The notes under the pieces: generated by a model | Seen by the model: only the letters and a program-made list of their open reading frames with translations | The model's database searches: none | What the model was told of the DNA's origin: nothing | Made by a program: the position numbers and the translations under genes | Assembly (NCBI GenBank): GCA_963811105.1 | Contig: CAWEPZ010000011.1 | Span: 288,001-352,000 of the forward strand | Source: Candidatus Bathyarchaeota archaeon | GTDB taxonomy: Archaea; Thermoproteota; Bathyarchaeia; Bathyarchaeales; Bathycorpusculaceae | Direction of reading: 5' to 3' | Length of the DNA stretch: 64,000 bases | Shown here: piece by piece, positions 51,233 through 62,850 of the stretch | Numbering within the stretch: the first letter of the stretch is position 1 | Layout of the letters: each line of letters begins with the position of its first letter

Positions 51233-53863
51233 TTAGCGTCGTTTTTTGAAGGTTAGCATCATTAAAGCGCCGACAATAGCTATAGCTATTATTACCGCCA
51301 AAGCAGACGCTATGATAACCATTGTGTTATCCGGCGCTGATTGCACTGGAGCTGCTGTTGTTGTTGCGGTTGGTGCTTGGGCCACTGTTAATGCGGTTGC
51401 TGCTCCTGAACTGCCGTAAGAGTCATCTCCAGTAAATGAAGCAATGATTTTGTAGTCGCCTGTTGTTTGCGGAGTCCATGTCTGGCTGAATGTTCCGTAG
51501 TATGCGTTGGTCGTGACAGTGCCTATTTCAGTTACCGTGCCGTCTGAGGCTATCGCCGTCAATGTCACTGGAACTCCAGTCATTGTTACGTTGTGATAAG
51601 ACCCATCAATCGGAAATTGCATGTATCGATATTCCATCTCTGTTTCCATCGAATCTGCAGAAACACAAGGCACCATACCTGGCTTAGTTACAGAATCAGG
51701 CGGGGCAGTTGGATTTGTAAAAGTTCCTTGGTCTCCTTGAGACATATCCATAACGTTACCGCGTATCTCTATTGCTGTTCCTGTGGACACCGCTGTATCT
51801 GGTGCCGTTACTGTAGTGGCACTTTGTCCTTTTCCGATCACGTACATATATCCTGTATACACGCTGTCTGCTGTGAGGTATCCATCTTCGATTCCGCCGA
51901 CATTTGCGCGACTTGATATGTTCCAAATTTCTTCGCCTGTTGTTGCGTTGACGCAGTAAAGCTTCCACCCTCTAGCGAGGGGCGACGTTGGCGAATGCTC
52001 GCCGTTAGCCACATAGAGTTTTCCATCAGCAATTTGAGGATTAGTTCCGAAGAAAGCCATGTCAGGATACCACGGAGATTCGAACGGAAGACATGGTGCA
52101 TCGAAATGCCATGTTATTTTTCCTGTATTCCAGTCAAGGGTGTAAATGCCAGCATACGTAAAGTCGAATAATAAACCGTAAGCTGACGCTTCATTGTAAG
52201 TTCCAAAGGTTCCCCAAGGCATTTTCTCCTGCTCGCTTTTCCATAGTTGGTTCCCTGATTGAAGATCCCAACAGTACCAGTACCCGTTATCAAAGCGAAC
52301 TGCATATTTTCCGCGATCAGCGCATGCTGTGCTTCCGCTGAAAAGCGGATAACCGACGTTAGATGAAACGTTCCACATTAGTTTTCCTGTTGTCAAGCTG
52401 GCTCCTTGGATGTATACCATTGTAGCAACTGCAGTTGCAGAGGGAGAATACGATAGTGTAGTAACTGCTACACCTGATTGAAAGTCACAAGTACCCAAGC
52501 TACTGAAGGGCCAGGTTATGTTGCTCATTATACGCACGTTGAAGTCAGTGTCACTTCCAGCCATAGTCCAGTTAATCAAACGATAAGTGGTGCTCGCACC
52601 ACTGCCAAGTGTCTGTACGGACAAAACATAGGGATCTCTGTAGATTGTGCCACTTGTTATTGGAGAAGTTGAGACGTTTAGGGTGGCGGCTCCAGTTTCT
52701 GGACTATACCTTATTAGTCTACCGCCGCTTATTGCCACCAGATTTGCACTTGTGCCTGTTTGTGTTGCAGTCGCTCCGGGTACAGCTACGACTCCTGTGA
52801 TGTATGTAATGGCTGTGGGTGCTGTAACGCCAGTTAGGTCCCAGTATATTTGTCCTGTTCGAAGGTCGTAACACTCCCATACGCTCGTTGGCCAGCTTTG
52901 GTAAGTACCATTGATTAATTGCATCATCGGTTTTGTGACAGTCTGGTAACATCGTCCTTCAAAGATTATGTTTGGCGTGCCTGCGTACGTGCCCTCTCCT
53001 GATCCCAGTGTTTTCTGTCCAGCATCTCCTCCCATGATGCCTGCTTGAGCGCCTTGTCGTGCCCATACTATGTGGCACGTGTTTGGCGCTTGAACATACG
53101 GGGTAAATTTATAGTTGCTTGCGTAGGGATTAGTGTTCGCTGGGGGGTTGCTCATATAACCTATGTACGGATAGTCTCCCAATATTTCACGCCACTCTCT
53201 GTTCATTGGTGAGACTGGGCGTGTCCAATAGTCGGTCGGAAGCGCTGAGACGGGCCAAGACATCACTGGTGTTGACTGCACCGTAAGGTTTACTGAGGTT
53301 GATGAAGGTTTGTAGTAGGCTGATCCGAGGAGTGCTGGACCTCCAAAAGCGCTTACTGTATATGGACCTATCGCGGCCAAGCTGGGGTAAACTATTCCGT
53401 TGTAGTAGTATCCGGCTGGGTAATAGTCTCCGTCGAAATTAAATTGGATCTTCCATGTTCCTTCCTGGTCGACTAGATAATTGAACCAGGCTGTTGTGTC
53501 TGCTGTATAGGAATTTATCGGACCGACTGTGTCTGATGTTCCATCCGGCTTTGTGAATATTACTGTGTACGTTGTGTGTGCTCGGTTCATTTGTAATGCA
53601 GGTTGGACCCATAAGTTAACCAGTACCTGCTGACCGACTCCGATGGGGTTAGGACTAACGCTAATATAGGGAATTGTTTCGACTGTCGCATCGGGAGTAA
53701 CACCAGATGGCAATGGTCCGCCAGTGTAAGTTGCTTTCGGGTTTCCATTTTGATATTGAGCTTTAACAGGCTGTATTGGAGCAGCTATAATCATTGCGGA
53801 AGCTATCATTAGAACTGTAATGATCAAAGCAAAAGTTTTCGTTTTTATTATTAGGTTATTCAT
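51233..53863 (-). CDS. PQQ-like beta-propeller surface protein
   Basis: PNPIGVGQ, LPTDYWTRP, DLRTGQIYW, ADGKLY..EHSP, GKGQSATTV, F.GDDSY, C-terminal TM; start ATG 53863. Confidence 0.88.
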   Translation of the reverse strand: MNNLIIKTKTFALIITVLMIASAMIIAAPIQPVKAQYQNGNPKATYTGGPLPSGVTPDATVETIPYISVSPNPIGVGQQVLVNLWVQPALQMNRAHTTYTVIFTKPDGTSDTVGPINSYTADTTAWFNYLVDQEGTWKIQFNFDGDYYPAGYYYNGIVYPSLAAIGPYTVSAFGGPALLGSAYYKPSSTSVNLTVQSTPVMSWPVSALPTDYWTRPVSPMNREWREILGDYPYIGYMSNPPANTNPYASNYKFTPYVQAPNTCHIVWARQGAQAGIMGGDAGQKTLGSGEGTYAGTPNIIFEGRCYQTVTKPMMQLINGTYQSWPTSVWECYDLRTGQIYWDLTGVTAPTAITYITGVVAVPGATATQTGTSANLVAISGGRLIRYSPETGAATLNVSTSPITSGTIYRDPYVLSVQTLGSGASTTYRLINWTMAGSDTDFNVRIMSNITWPFSSLGTCDFQSGVAVTTLSYSPSATAVATMVYIQGASLTTGKLMWNVSSNVGYPLFSGSTACADRGKYAVRFDNGYWYCWDLQSGNQLWKSEQEKMPWGTFGTYNEASAYGLLFDFTYAGIYTLDWNTGKITWHFDAPCLPFESPWYPDMAFFGTNPQIADGKLYVANGEHSPTSPLARGWKLYCVNATTGEEIWNISSRANVGGIEDGYLTADSVYTGYMYVIGKGQSATTVTAPDTAVSTGTAIEIRGNVMDMSQGDQGTFTNPTAPPDSVTKPGMVPCVSADSMETEMEYRYMQFPIDGSYHNVTMTGVPVTLTAIASDGTVTEIGTVTTNAYYGTFSQTWTPQTTGDYKIIASFTGDDSYGSSGAATALTVAQAPTATTTAAPVQSAPDNTMVIIASALAVIIAIAIVGALMMLTFKKRR

Positions 53864-54127
53864 CTTTTCTTTTCCTTTTCCTATAGTTTTATTGGACAAG
53901 AAGAGTAAATAATACGTACACCGCTTGCCCAACTACATCCTCTATTATTGATTTTTTTTATAAGACTTTGCTAACGTTTTTTTTTGTTAAGGGTCTACTG
54001 AACCATTTGTAAGAGATGCCAATAGATATTTTTTGGCGATTATAACACTTGAAACGTCTAATTCTAAAGTTACCGAGAAGAATCAAATTCCAAAAAATTA
54101 ATAAATTATCCATAACAATTAACTAAC

Positions 54128-54394
54128 ATGAAGCAAGACGAGCCAATTTCAACTCGCTTTGTAAACGTCAAAATTCCTGAATTTCTAATTGAAATAATAG
54201 ATAGAAACCTAGAACACGGAAAAAAACTTGACTTAGACGGTTTTGCTGGAAGAGCTAATTTTGTGCAAAACTCAGTAATCGAAAAACTTAACGAATTGAA
54301 TCTTCTCTCTCCCCAAGATATGAAGGAGCTTAAAAAAAGATATAGAACTTATAATAGAGCGCCAATCAAACGAAGCGATGCTGTGCTAGTTTAA
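54128..54394 (+). CDS. RHH/CopG-like regulator
   Basis: VNVKIPEFLIEIID..GFAGRANFV..VIEKL. Confidence 0.65.
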   Translation: MKQDEPISTRFVNVKIPEFLIEIIDRNLEHGKKLDLDGFAGRANFVQNSVIEKLNELNLLSPQDMKELKKRYRTYNRAPIKRSDAVLV

Positions 54395-54503
54395 AAGAAA
54401 CAAACCATTTCTTATCAAAGAAAGAAAACAAAATTTATGCTTGCAGTGATAATAGAAATTGTTAGAAAAGAACTAAATATCTTAAAAGCTATCCCTATGC
54501 CAT

Positions 54504-55184
54504 ATGGTCAAGAAATTTCCTATATCAGTTGTAATGCTAATTGTCATAATTACTATTGGAATTGCAGGAGTTCTCTCGATGAACCCTGCACAAACAACCA
54601 GTCGGCCTGTTGTATCAGGCCTTGTTCAAGGGGACACTTTTACCTACAGCATAAAAAGCTACTCAAACGTTTATGACCTCAATGCAACCATTCCCACAAC
54701 CTTTTCGCAGTTCAACCAGACCGATTGGTAAAAAGTTACCATCACAAATGTAACTGGACCAGATGTCTCATTCGATACAACCTGGCGTTTCACAAACAGA
54801 ACAGAACTTACAAGCTCAAGCACGAGCAATATACTAACAGAAATTAATGACCAGCAATTCTGGGCAATTTACCCTGCTAACCTTACCCTGAACAGCCTGG
54901 TTCGCCCTTCAGGATCGCCAAGTGGAGCAATTGTCAATCAGACAGAAACCAGAACCTACCAGTCTGGTGAAAGACAAACCAATGTTATGACTGAAGAGAC
55001 ACAAGTCACAAACCCGAATGACCCAACGTATACTACAACATGCGACGACTACACATATGTCCACTTTGATGCCTTGACAGGTATGCTTGTTGAACTTAAG
55101 GACATCCAAATCTACAATAATCCTCAAATTGTCTTAACGCTTGATTGGCAACTGCAATCGACAAATGTTTGGACAATTTCTTAA
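54504..55184 (+). pseudogene. secreted protein pseudogene
   Basis: Signal peptide + G..QGDTFTY, in-frame TAA at 54729 (W*KVTITNV), later frameshift, FDALTGMLV tail. Confidence 0.7.
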
Positions 55185-55451
55185 GAAGTTTCCAACAATC
55201 AATGTATTATTAAACAAAGAGCAGCTTCATTGTAAGCAGTTCCTCTTTAAACCTTTTCACATTATCGATTCATTATTTCAAACGCAAACCAAAACAGCCA
55301 GTGACAGGTAACTGTGAACCACCGTGACAGGTATTAAGGTACATACAAGATGAAACAAATAGGCCTAAAGCAGTTGCCATTCAACAAACAACGCACAAAT
55401 CGAACAGTTATCGAGACAAAAAAAATGAAAGAAATTTAGGTTTATCCATAT

Positions 55452-57944
55452 TTATCGTTTTTTGGTTATAAGAAGTGCTAGTACTACACCGACAGCTATG
55501 ACTGTAATAATTATACCGATAATGCCGAGCATTAAGTTGGGATCAGTTGTAGACAATGCCAAAGGCGACGGTGTTAAAGTCTGTTGTGCCTCTGCTACTG
55601 TGAAGCCATCTTCAGCCGTTGATCCGTAATAGCTCTTGCTACCTGCAAACGATGCAAAAGTCGTATAATTGCCTGCGATTGTTGGTGTCCATGAGAGTCT
55701 GTATGTTCCCGTCGCGTCTGTAGTAGTAGTGCCTATATGGATATAGTTGTTGTTTGGATCTACAGTGTCAATGCTTACCTGAACTCCAATTGTATTTGTA
55801 GGCTCTGCAAATTGTTTGTAAACATATAGCATCCAGTCGCTCTGGCTCTCGTCTGAGACTGCGGGTACTCCGTTGGGGAAGCGTAATTGTGCACTATCGC
55901 TTGTCGTTCCTGGAGAAATATCCATGACACTGCCCTTTATGACGACGGGTTGACCGATCGATGCTGCCAGATTAGGTGCTGAAGTAGTTATCGCAGTTGG
56001 GCCTTTTCCAATAGCATATACAGATTCGTCGTATGTGTCCATTGTTGCGATAATGCTGTCGCCGATTATTCCACGACCGCCCCAGCGTGTCTGTCGGAAC
56101 GCACCGTTAATTCTCCAAATCTCTTCACCTGTTGTCGCGTTTAAGCAGAAGAATGGTGCACCTCTTGGTTTAGGATCTTGCGCGGAGTGTTCCATTGAGC
56201 CGATGTAGAGTTTGCCATCAGTCGCGACGACGGGTACTGTCCACCAGTTGTTCCCTATGTAGGATTCAGTGTAGGGGTCTGTTGCGTTGTATGTCCATAT
56301 CAGTTTGCCAGTGGTGATATTGTAGGCGTATACTGTTCCGCTCACTGATGCTGATATCAATTCACCATAATCGATGATATGAGTGAAGCTCGGTGAGTCG
56401 TCCCAAGCATCTTGGAAAGCCTGCGACTTTTCAGTTGCCCACATGTATTTGCCAGTGTTAAGGTCGAAAGCGTAACTCATTCTGGTCTCCTTGATCCATA
56501 TGACTGCATTTTCATATTGTTGACTCCATGAATCAAATCCGCTCTGCATGCCGCTACCTGCCGACACGTTCCCTGCAACCCAATCGGCCGGCGGTGTCCA
56601 AGATGTGTTGTACAGCAGTCTTCCAACTTTTGAGGGGTCTAAGCTTATAGCCCACAGGTTAACTTGGGTTAGGGTAACGCGTGATCCGATTATTTTGTCG
56701 CCAACGAAAACTTTCGAAATGCTCGAGCTTGGCATCGTTACGCCTGCTACATTCATGTCGGATACTGAAACGTTCTGGTCATAACCTCTTGCAGTTGCAT
56801 TGTAAGTTACACCTAGGACTTGGCTGCCCCAGCTTTCTTGCATGCCAGCTTTGCCGTTGGTTACTACCCAACTAGAGTTCCATTGTAGCAAATGCCAGTT
56901 TGGATTAGCAGAATTGCCATAGTTGACCAAGGAGTATTTCAAAATTTCACCGTTAGGACCATAATAGTTAGTGCCAGAGGGAACATCGGTCATGTTAAAT
57001 TGCAAGTTGCCAGTGTGAGCATCGAAGAACCAGTAGTTAGTTCCGCTAGAGCATACTAGATATGAGAAAGCAGCTCGGTTGTTCCTAGACCACCAAAAGA
57101 GTGTCTGGCCAAAGCCTATTCTTAAGTTGGTTAAGAGCGTCTTATCCCATAATGTTTTGCCGGTATGTAGGTCTACTGCAACGACTTCTTGTTGTGGGTT
57201 TCCGGAGATGAACTTGTTGTAATATAAGACTCCGCTTATAATTATTGATCCTGACCATTTGCCTTCGTACGCATCTCCGTTTTCATAACCGTGATTTGCT
57301 GTATCTCCTCCTGCTATTCCTGCCGTCATGTCGCCGATTGGTTGAGACCAGAGAATATGTGGTGATTCTGGTCCTTGGTTATAAGGAGCGTATAAGTTTG
57401 GTTGTGCTGTCAACCAGCTGCCCATTATCGACCACCAGTCAATAAGCTGCGAGTCAGCGGGCCTTGTCCAGTATTCTGATGGAAGTGGCTGCCATGGGTA
57501 ATATGGCGAGGGTTGTTGTTGTACCACAAGGGCTATTTTATCACTTTGTCCTGCTAGATAGGTAACGTTGCGGTAATCTTGTTGCGGAAAGTTTGTCTGA
57601 AGGTAGTATGTACCTAATTGGTCAGGAACGTAATTTATGCCTGCCGTTCCGGTTGAAAAAGTTTTCGATGGGGTAAGCGTTTCTGTTGTATTGTCAGGCT
57701 TTGTAATAGTTATGGTAACGTTCCAACCGTCGGCTTCCGTTGTAAGATAGTTGATAGCTCCATAGTTGATCAAGACTCTTTGACCAACGCCACATACGTT
57801 TGGAACAACGTCAATAAGTGGGTAGGATTTGATTGATGATTGTGCATTAGCATTGGGTAATATAAATATCGAAATAGCAACAGACAGTATTATGAACAGA
57901 GCAATTGCACTATGCATAATTTTCTTTCTTGTTTTTTTCATCAA
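55452..57944 (-). CDS. PQQ-like beta-propeller surface protein
   Basis: Paralog of 51233: LPSEYWTRP, VDLHTGKTLW, DGKLY..EHS, GKGPT, F.GSKSYYGS, TM. Confidence 0.9.
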   Translation of the reverse strand: MMKKTRKKIMHSAIALFIILSVAISIFILPNANAQSSIKSYPLIDVVPNVCGVGQRVLINYGAINYLTTEADGWNVTITITKPDNTTETLTPSKTFSTGTAGINYVPDQLGTYYLQTNFPQQDYRNVTYLAGQSDKIALVVQQQPSPYYPWQPLPSEYWTRPADSQLIDWWSIMGSWLTAQPNLYAPYNQGPESPHILWSQPIGDMTAGIAGGDTANHGYENGDAYEGKWSGSIIISGVLYYNKFISGNPQQEVVAVDLHTGKTLWDKTLLTNLRIGFGQTLFWWSRNNRAAFSYLVCSSGTNYWFFDAHTGNLQFNMTDVPSGTNYYGPNGEILKYSLVNYGNSANPNWHLLQWNSSWVVTNGKAGMQESWGSQVLGVTYNATARGYDQNVSVSDMNVAGVTMPSSSISKVFVGDKIIGSRVTLTQVNLWAISLDPSKVGRLLYNTSWTPPADWVAGNVSAGSGMQSGFDSWSQQYENAVIWIKETRMSYAFDLNTGKYMWATEKSQAFQDAWDDSPSFTHIIDYGELISASVSGTVYAYNITTGKLIWTYNATDPYTESYIGNNWWTVPVVATDGKLYIGSMEHSAQDPKPRGAPFFCLNATTGEEIWRINGAFRQTRWGGRGIIGDSIIATMDTYDESVYAIGKGPTAITTSAPNLAASIGQPVVIKGSVMDISPGTTSDSAQLRFPNGVPAVSDESQSDWMLYVYKQFAEPTNTIGVQVSIDTVDPNNNYIHIGTTTTDATGTYRLSWTPTIAGNYTTFASFAGSKSYYGSTAEDGFTVAEAQQTLTPSPLALSTTDPNLMLGIIGIIITVIAVGVVLALLITKKR

Positions 57945-58292
57945 ATATTTACCTTCTGATTCTCATTATTTCGCTTGAAAGTCAATTTATAATTTGCGGT
58001 ATAACATTCAAAGGATTAAAAAAATTAAAAATTAAGCCATACGAATCAAACAAAAAGACGGCCAACTTAAGCGGTCTTAAAATCAGAATCAAAAACCTCT
58101 AACTCAAAGCAGTTAGATGTTTTTCCGTGGAAAGGTGTACCCTAACTATCTGACAAAGAGAATCTTTAATCTTTTTTCTGCAATTATGGCACTTAACCAA
58201 GAAGCTTTAGCTTCAAACTTGAAAAGCTAATATGGAGAAAAGTTATGAATATTTGTCGGCAATAGAAGATAAGCGAATCATGTATTGTTTTT

Positions 58293-58700
58293 TCAGTTGA
58301 CTATCAAGGGCGGGTTTTTTGTTTGATGTGTTGATCTCGCCGAGATTAGAGGTGTTGTTTGCATTTGGATTTTGTTGTCGGTTACCATGTTTTTGCGGAT
58401 GAGGTTAAGTGAGCTTTCGGTAAAGTTTAAGACATTTTTTCCTGCGTTTGTGAGCTTGTACATTTTTCGCGGCCTTTCTGAATCCATGTTCCATGTGCTT
58501 TCTGCGTAACCTTTTTTCTCCAGCAGCCCTAGTAATGGGTATATGGTGCTGGCTCCGAAGTTAACGCCAAAGCCTTTTCGGATTTTTGTCATAAGTTGGT
58601 ATCCATGCATGGATTCTTGGTCAAGGTACTGAAGAATAATCATATCTAAGAGGCCTTTGGTGAGTTTTGTTTGGGCTTCTTTTTGGTAGTTATTGTTCAT
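58293..58700 (-). CDS. PadR family transcriptional regulator
   Basis: KGLLDMIIL..MHGYQLM..STIYPLL..LEKKG..RPRKMYKLT. Confidence 0.92.
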   Translation of the reverse strand: MNNNYQKEAQTKLTKGLLDMIILQYLDQESMHGYQLMTKIRKGFGVNFGASTIYPLLGLLEKKGYAESTWNMDSERPRKMYKLTNAGKNVLNFTESSLNLIRKNMVTDNKIQMQTTPLISARSTHQTKNPPLIVN

Positions 58701-58959
58701 TTTCCAAGTTTTTCTCCTGTTACCGTGTTGTACAAAATGTACAATGTGTCTGTTTAAGACATATTTCTTATATCTTCATAGTGCAAAACCGCCACATAAA
58801 CCCTCGCACATAACACAAGCATATCAAAACATGTTAAAAGAACCATTTATCGAACAGAAATACTGGTATATACATAAAATATGTTCTTAAAAACCATCAT
58901 ATTTCGCTTAAAGAGAACTGTACAACAGACCTACATAAAATTGAGTAGTAAACCGCTTT

Positions 58960-59175
58960 AGAGCGCAAACAGAGACTAAGCATCGCGCAAAAGCATCCAA
59001 AGCACAATGAAATACACAGATGATTCAATTAAGACAACGATGACTTTGAGGTTACTACTGCAACAACACCTGAAGAAATTAAACAGCTTGACATATCAAG
59101 CTGGGCAAAATATAACGAGATAACACTTGACGGGATTACAATGCAATTCTACAAAAAACCAAAAAAATCCTCAAA
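58960..59175 (+). pseudogene. probable tyrosine-recombinase C-terminal remnant
   Basis: Frameshifted KSIQSTMKYT.MIQ / DDFEVTTATTPEEIKQL..FYKKPK resembles the catalytic-Tyr tail of archaeal integrases. Confidence 0.5.
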
Positions 59176-59298
59176 TCTCCAAGCTTTCGGGTTTCCAAAC
59201 AATGTGTATAAAAACAGGACAATGAGTATAAGCTTTTATACGTATTTGGATGAGATGTTAAAATAATATACACTGCTTGCCGTGAGGATAAAGGCTAA

Positions 59299-62200
59299 AT
59301 GCCCTACATAAAAAAAATCGAGTTAAAAGGGTTCAAGTCTTTTGGGCCACAAACTGTCAAAGTCTCCTTAGACAAAGGCTTCACAGCAGTTACGGGTCCC
59401 AACGGCAGTGGAAAATCGAACATCATGGACGCCGTGCTTTTCTCTCTTGGTGAATTGAGCACGAGAAGAATGAGAGCTGAGAATGCAGCTCAATTGATTT
59501 TTCATGGCTCAGATAAAGCAGGACAAGAAAAAGCCAAGATGGCAAAAGTTGTTATCCAATTCGATAACTCGGATGGCACAATGCCAGTTGACACTTCCAC
59601 AGTTACCATTTCACGCGAAGTTTACCGAAATGGCCAAAGTGTTTACCGGTTAAACGGCAGGAGAATGTCAAGAGCATACATCACAGAAACTCTGTCCATG
59701 AGCTCAATTAGCAGCATAAGCCAAAACATCATCCCACAAGGTACCCTAACAAGACTAACAGATATTACTCCTATGGAACGCCGAAGAATCATCGAAGACC
59801 TTGTCGGCATAGGTCAATATGATTCCGAAAAAACTGAAGCTGAAGAAAAACTTCGAGCCGCCGACATATCGATCCGCACAGCCATGGGCAGAATAGACGA
59901 GGTTCAGAAACGCCTCGATGACTTGGAACGTGAACGCAACCAACTTTCTCGTTACAACTTCATTCAGAGCGAAACAAAAAAGTTCCAAGCAATAAAAGTT
60001 TCAAGTGACATCACTCATCAAAATGCAAAATTGAATGAATCAGCTAACCAAATCGAAAAAGTCAAAGCAAAAGTTGACAAACTAAAGGAACAACGTGAAC
60101 AGCGCAGGTCCAAACGACACGGCATCGAAGGCGAATGGCGTAAACTTAGCGGCGAAAACCTTGAGGAAGGCGGATCACAAGTTCTCAAAGTTCAAATAAC
60201 GATTGGAGAATTAAAATCTAAACTTACCGAGTTGACAACAAAAATTAATTCTGGCCAAGGCAGCCTTGAAAGCTTAAAACGCATAAGAGAAAACAACATC
60301 GATCAACAAGAAAACATAAGAAAAGAAATCCGTGAAAACCGCTTAAAAATCCGAGCCTTCCGAAATGAATTCGCAAAAATCAAGGATCAAATGGACCAAA
60401 AACAATCAGAACACGAAGTACTGGCGAAACAAACTGCAGAACTTTGGGGAGGACTCGATGACAATAACGAGCAAATACATATCAAGCAAGCCGAAATTGA
60501 AAACCACGTTAAACGCTTAGCGTATTTACGGTCTGAATACACCCAGGACAAAGCAGCACTTCGTTTGTGTACTGGAAGAATAAAAAATTTAACAGTGCGA
60601 AAAGCAAAATTCCAAACAAGTCTGGCTGAAATTGAAAAATCACTCACTGAATTGGAACAAGTTCAAAAAGATCAAAAAAACCAATTTAAGAATCTTGAAC
60701 AAAGCATCGAGCGCAAAAAACTGCAGAAAGAAACTGTTGAAAAAGAAATCAACGATGCAGAGAAAATAGCTAGCTCCGCTAAAGATGCTGTAATTGAATT
60801 TGCTACTCAAAGAGATCTTGCAGCAACCATAGCAGCTGAAGAAAAAGCCCTAAGAAGCATAGAGGAAATGGGTAATGTCGGCGCAATAAATGGAATCCAT
60901 GGCAGACTTCGTGATCTCATAAAAATTGATAAGAACTTCAAGAAAGCCATTGAAGCAGCGGCTACAGGTTGGCTTGACGCCTTAGTTGTTGCAAACATCG
61001 AAACAGCATTCACCTGCACCGAAACATTAAAGCGAATGAAGCTTGGCAGAATCAAAATTATACCTCTTCAAGGAGCCATCAAGGTTAAAAACAAGGTAAC
61101 ACCAAATCGAGAAGGAATAGTTGGTGCTCTCTCAAGCTTCATGAAATATGAAAGCAGCTTTGATATAGCAATAAACTATGTCTTTGGAGACACAATAGTT
61201 GTCTCAAACGATAAAGTGGGCTTTGCCCTGTCAAACGAAGGATACCGAGCCGTCACATCTTATGGAGACCTCTTTGAGCCTGGCGCATTTGAAAGCGGCT
61301 ATTATCGTGCACCAATTGATTTTTCAACAATTATCCCAAGCGAAAATGCATTGAAAAGTTTAGATGAAGCAGTAAAAGCTTTGCAAACGCACCTTACTTC
61401 AAGAGGAGCAGACATTACAGGTATTGAAGAAGAAATTGATCGAGCCAAAACCGAAATCACACGCCTAACTGAATCCATTGCCACTTTAGATAGGGAAATA
61501 GTCAGAATCAAACGGAGCGTTAAAAGAACACAATTCAATATCCGACACACTGAAAAATATGGGGGAAAACTTGAGCGTGAAGCAGCATCCTACAAAGGGC
61601 GCATGAGCGTTTACATGAATGAACGAAACTCAATCAGAAAAATGGATCAGAGATTACATACAGAAATAGCCAACCTAAGATTAAAAACTGACGTGGCACA
61701 TATCCAAGAGCTTGAGGTTCAACGAGAAAAGCTTGGGGAAGAATTGAACGCTTTTCGCCAAAAGTCAGGTTCAACTCAGACAGAAATCTCAACTTATCAG
61801 TCCCAATTTGATCGAGTTCTCAGAAACGGATACAAAAACATCAAGATACAGATTGTGAAGGTTGAGCAACAGCAAAGAAAACTTGAGAAAGAAGTTGCTG
61901 AAGCATTTGGAGAACGCGAGTTAGTTAAAAAGGAAATAGATGAGCAAGAAAAGAGCCGAGTTGAATTATCTAAAGCTGTGTTTTCTGCACGAGAAGAGTC
62001 TAAAAAGTTCACTTCACAAATAGATGCAATTGACGCAGAGTTACGGTTGCTTGACTTCGAGTATGAGCAGGCAGATAAACTGTTAAACCAGCTGCAACTC
62101 AACATGGAAACAAGTCAACTTCATCTGCAGCAACTGCAATATCAGCTTCATCAGTTTGGCTATGATCAGCCTTTAGAAACAAACCAGAAACAGGTTGAAG

Positions 62201-62850
62201 AAGCGGAAACAACAATACGAATGATGCAGTTTGAAATGGAAAGAATAGGCGCAATAAATCAACTTGCACTCACCCATTATGCAGACCAAATTTCACGTTA
62301 CAGAGAACTATCAGTCCGGTTAAACGAGCTGGAAAGAGAAAAACAAGCCATAGTACAGTTTATGGATGAAATTGAATCTAAAAAACGCAAGGTTTTCATG
62401 AACGCCTTCGACAAAATCAACATCAGTCTCCAAGTTTACTTTTCCAAACTTACTGGCGGAGGAGAGGCCACACTAAAGCTCGAAAACCCCGAAGACCCTT
62501 TCTTCGGAGGAATAGATATGATGGTACAGTTTCCCAACAAACCGTACATCGTTGTAAGCGGAGCAAGCGGCGGGGAACGTTCAGTTTCAGCAGTCAGCTT
62601 CATTTTTTCATTAAAAGAATTCACGCCAGCATCATTCTATATCCTTGACGAAGTAGACGCACACTTAGACGCATATCACACCACAAAATTGGCAGAACTA
62701 CTACTTGAAGAAGCAGCAAAAATGCAGTTCATTGTAATCAGCCTACGTCCAGAAATGGTCAACAAAGCACAAAGAATCTACGGAGTCTACGAACGTAATG
62801 GAGTATCCAACGTTGTCACCGCAAAGTTTCCACAGGAGGCCCCAAACTAA
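59299..62850 (+). CDS. smc: chromosome segregation protein SMC
   Basis: GPNGSGKSN Walker A, coiled coils, hinge, SGGE signature, ILDEVDAHLD. Confidence 0.98.
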   Translation: MPYIKKIELKGFKSFGPQTVKVSLDKGFTAVTGPNGSGKSNIMDAVLFSLGELSTRRMRAENAAQLIFHGSDKAGQEKAKMAKVVIQFDNSDGTMPVDTSTVTISREVYRNGQSVYRLNGRRMSRAYITETLSMSSISSISQNIIPQGTLTRLTDITPMERRRIIEDLVGIGQYDSEKTEAEEKLRAADISIRTAMGRIDEVQKRLDDLERERNQLSRYNFIQSETKKFQAIKVSSDITHQNAKLNESANQIEKVKAKVDKLKEQREQRRSKRHGIEGEWRKLSGENLEEGGSQVLKVQITIGELKSKLTELTTKINSGQGSLESLKRIRENNIDQQENIRKEIRENRLKIRAFRNEFAKIKDQMDQKQSEHEVLAKQTAELWGGLDDNNEQIHIKQAEIENHVKRLAYLRSEYTQDKAALRLCTGRIKNLTVRKAKFQTSLAEIEKSLTELEQVQKDQKNQFKNLEQSIERKKLQKETVEKEINDAEKIASSAKDAVIEFATQRDLAATIAAEEKALRSIEEMGNVGAINGIHGRLRDLIKIDKNFKKAIEAAATGWLDALVVANIETAFTCTETLKRMKLGRIKIIPLQGAIKVKNKVTPNREGIVGALSSFMKYESSFDIAINYVFGDTIVVSNDKVGFALSNEGYRAVTSYGDLFEPGAFESGYYRAPIDFSTIIPSENALKSLDEAVKALQTHLTSRGADITGIEEEIDRAKTEITRLTESIATLDREIVRIKRSVKRTQFNIRHTEKYGGKLEREAASYKGRMSVYMNERNSIRKMDQRLHTEIANLRLKTDVAHIQELEVQREKLGEELNAFRQKSGSTQTEISTYQSQFDRVLRNGYKNIKIQIVKVEQQQRKLEKEVAEAFGERELVKKEIDEQEKSRVELSKAVFSAREESKKFTSQIDAIDAELRLLDFEYEQADKLLNQLQLNMETSQLHLQQLQYQLHQFGYDQPLETNQKQVEEAETTIRMMQFEMERIGAINQLALTHYADQISRYRELSVRLNELEREKQAIVQFMDEIESKKRKVFMNAFDKINISLQVYFSKLTGGGEATLKLENPEDPFFGGIDMMVQFPNKPYIVVSGASGGERSVSAVSFIFSLKEFTPASFYILDEVDAHLDAYHTTKLAELLLEEAAKMQFIVISLRPEMVNKAQRIYGVYERNGVSNVVTAKFPQEAPN

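Noticed and set aside
55281-55333. GTGACAGGTA direct repeat x2, and TCACTTT microrepeats at 21400-21450
   Set aside because: Too short and too few to distinguish from chance.
59755-62624. Short minus-strand ORFs within smc, and similar ORFs within tfb and the transposases
   Set aside because: Antisense shadows of well-supported genes.
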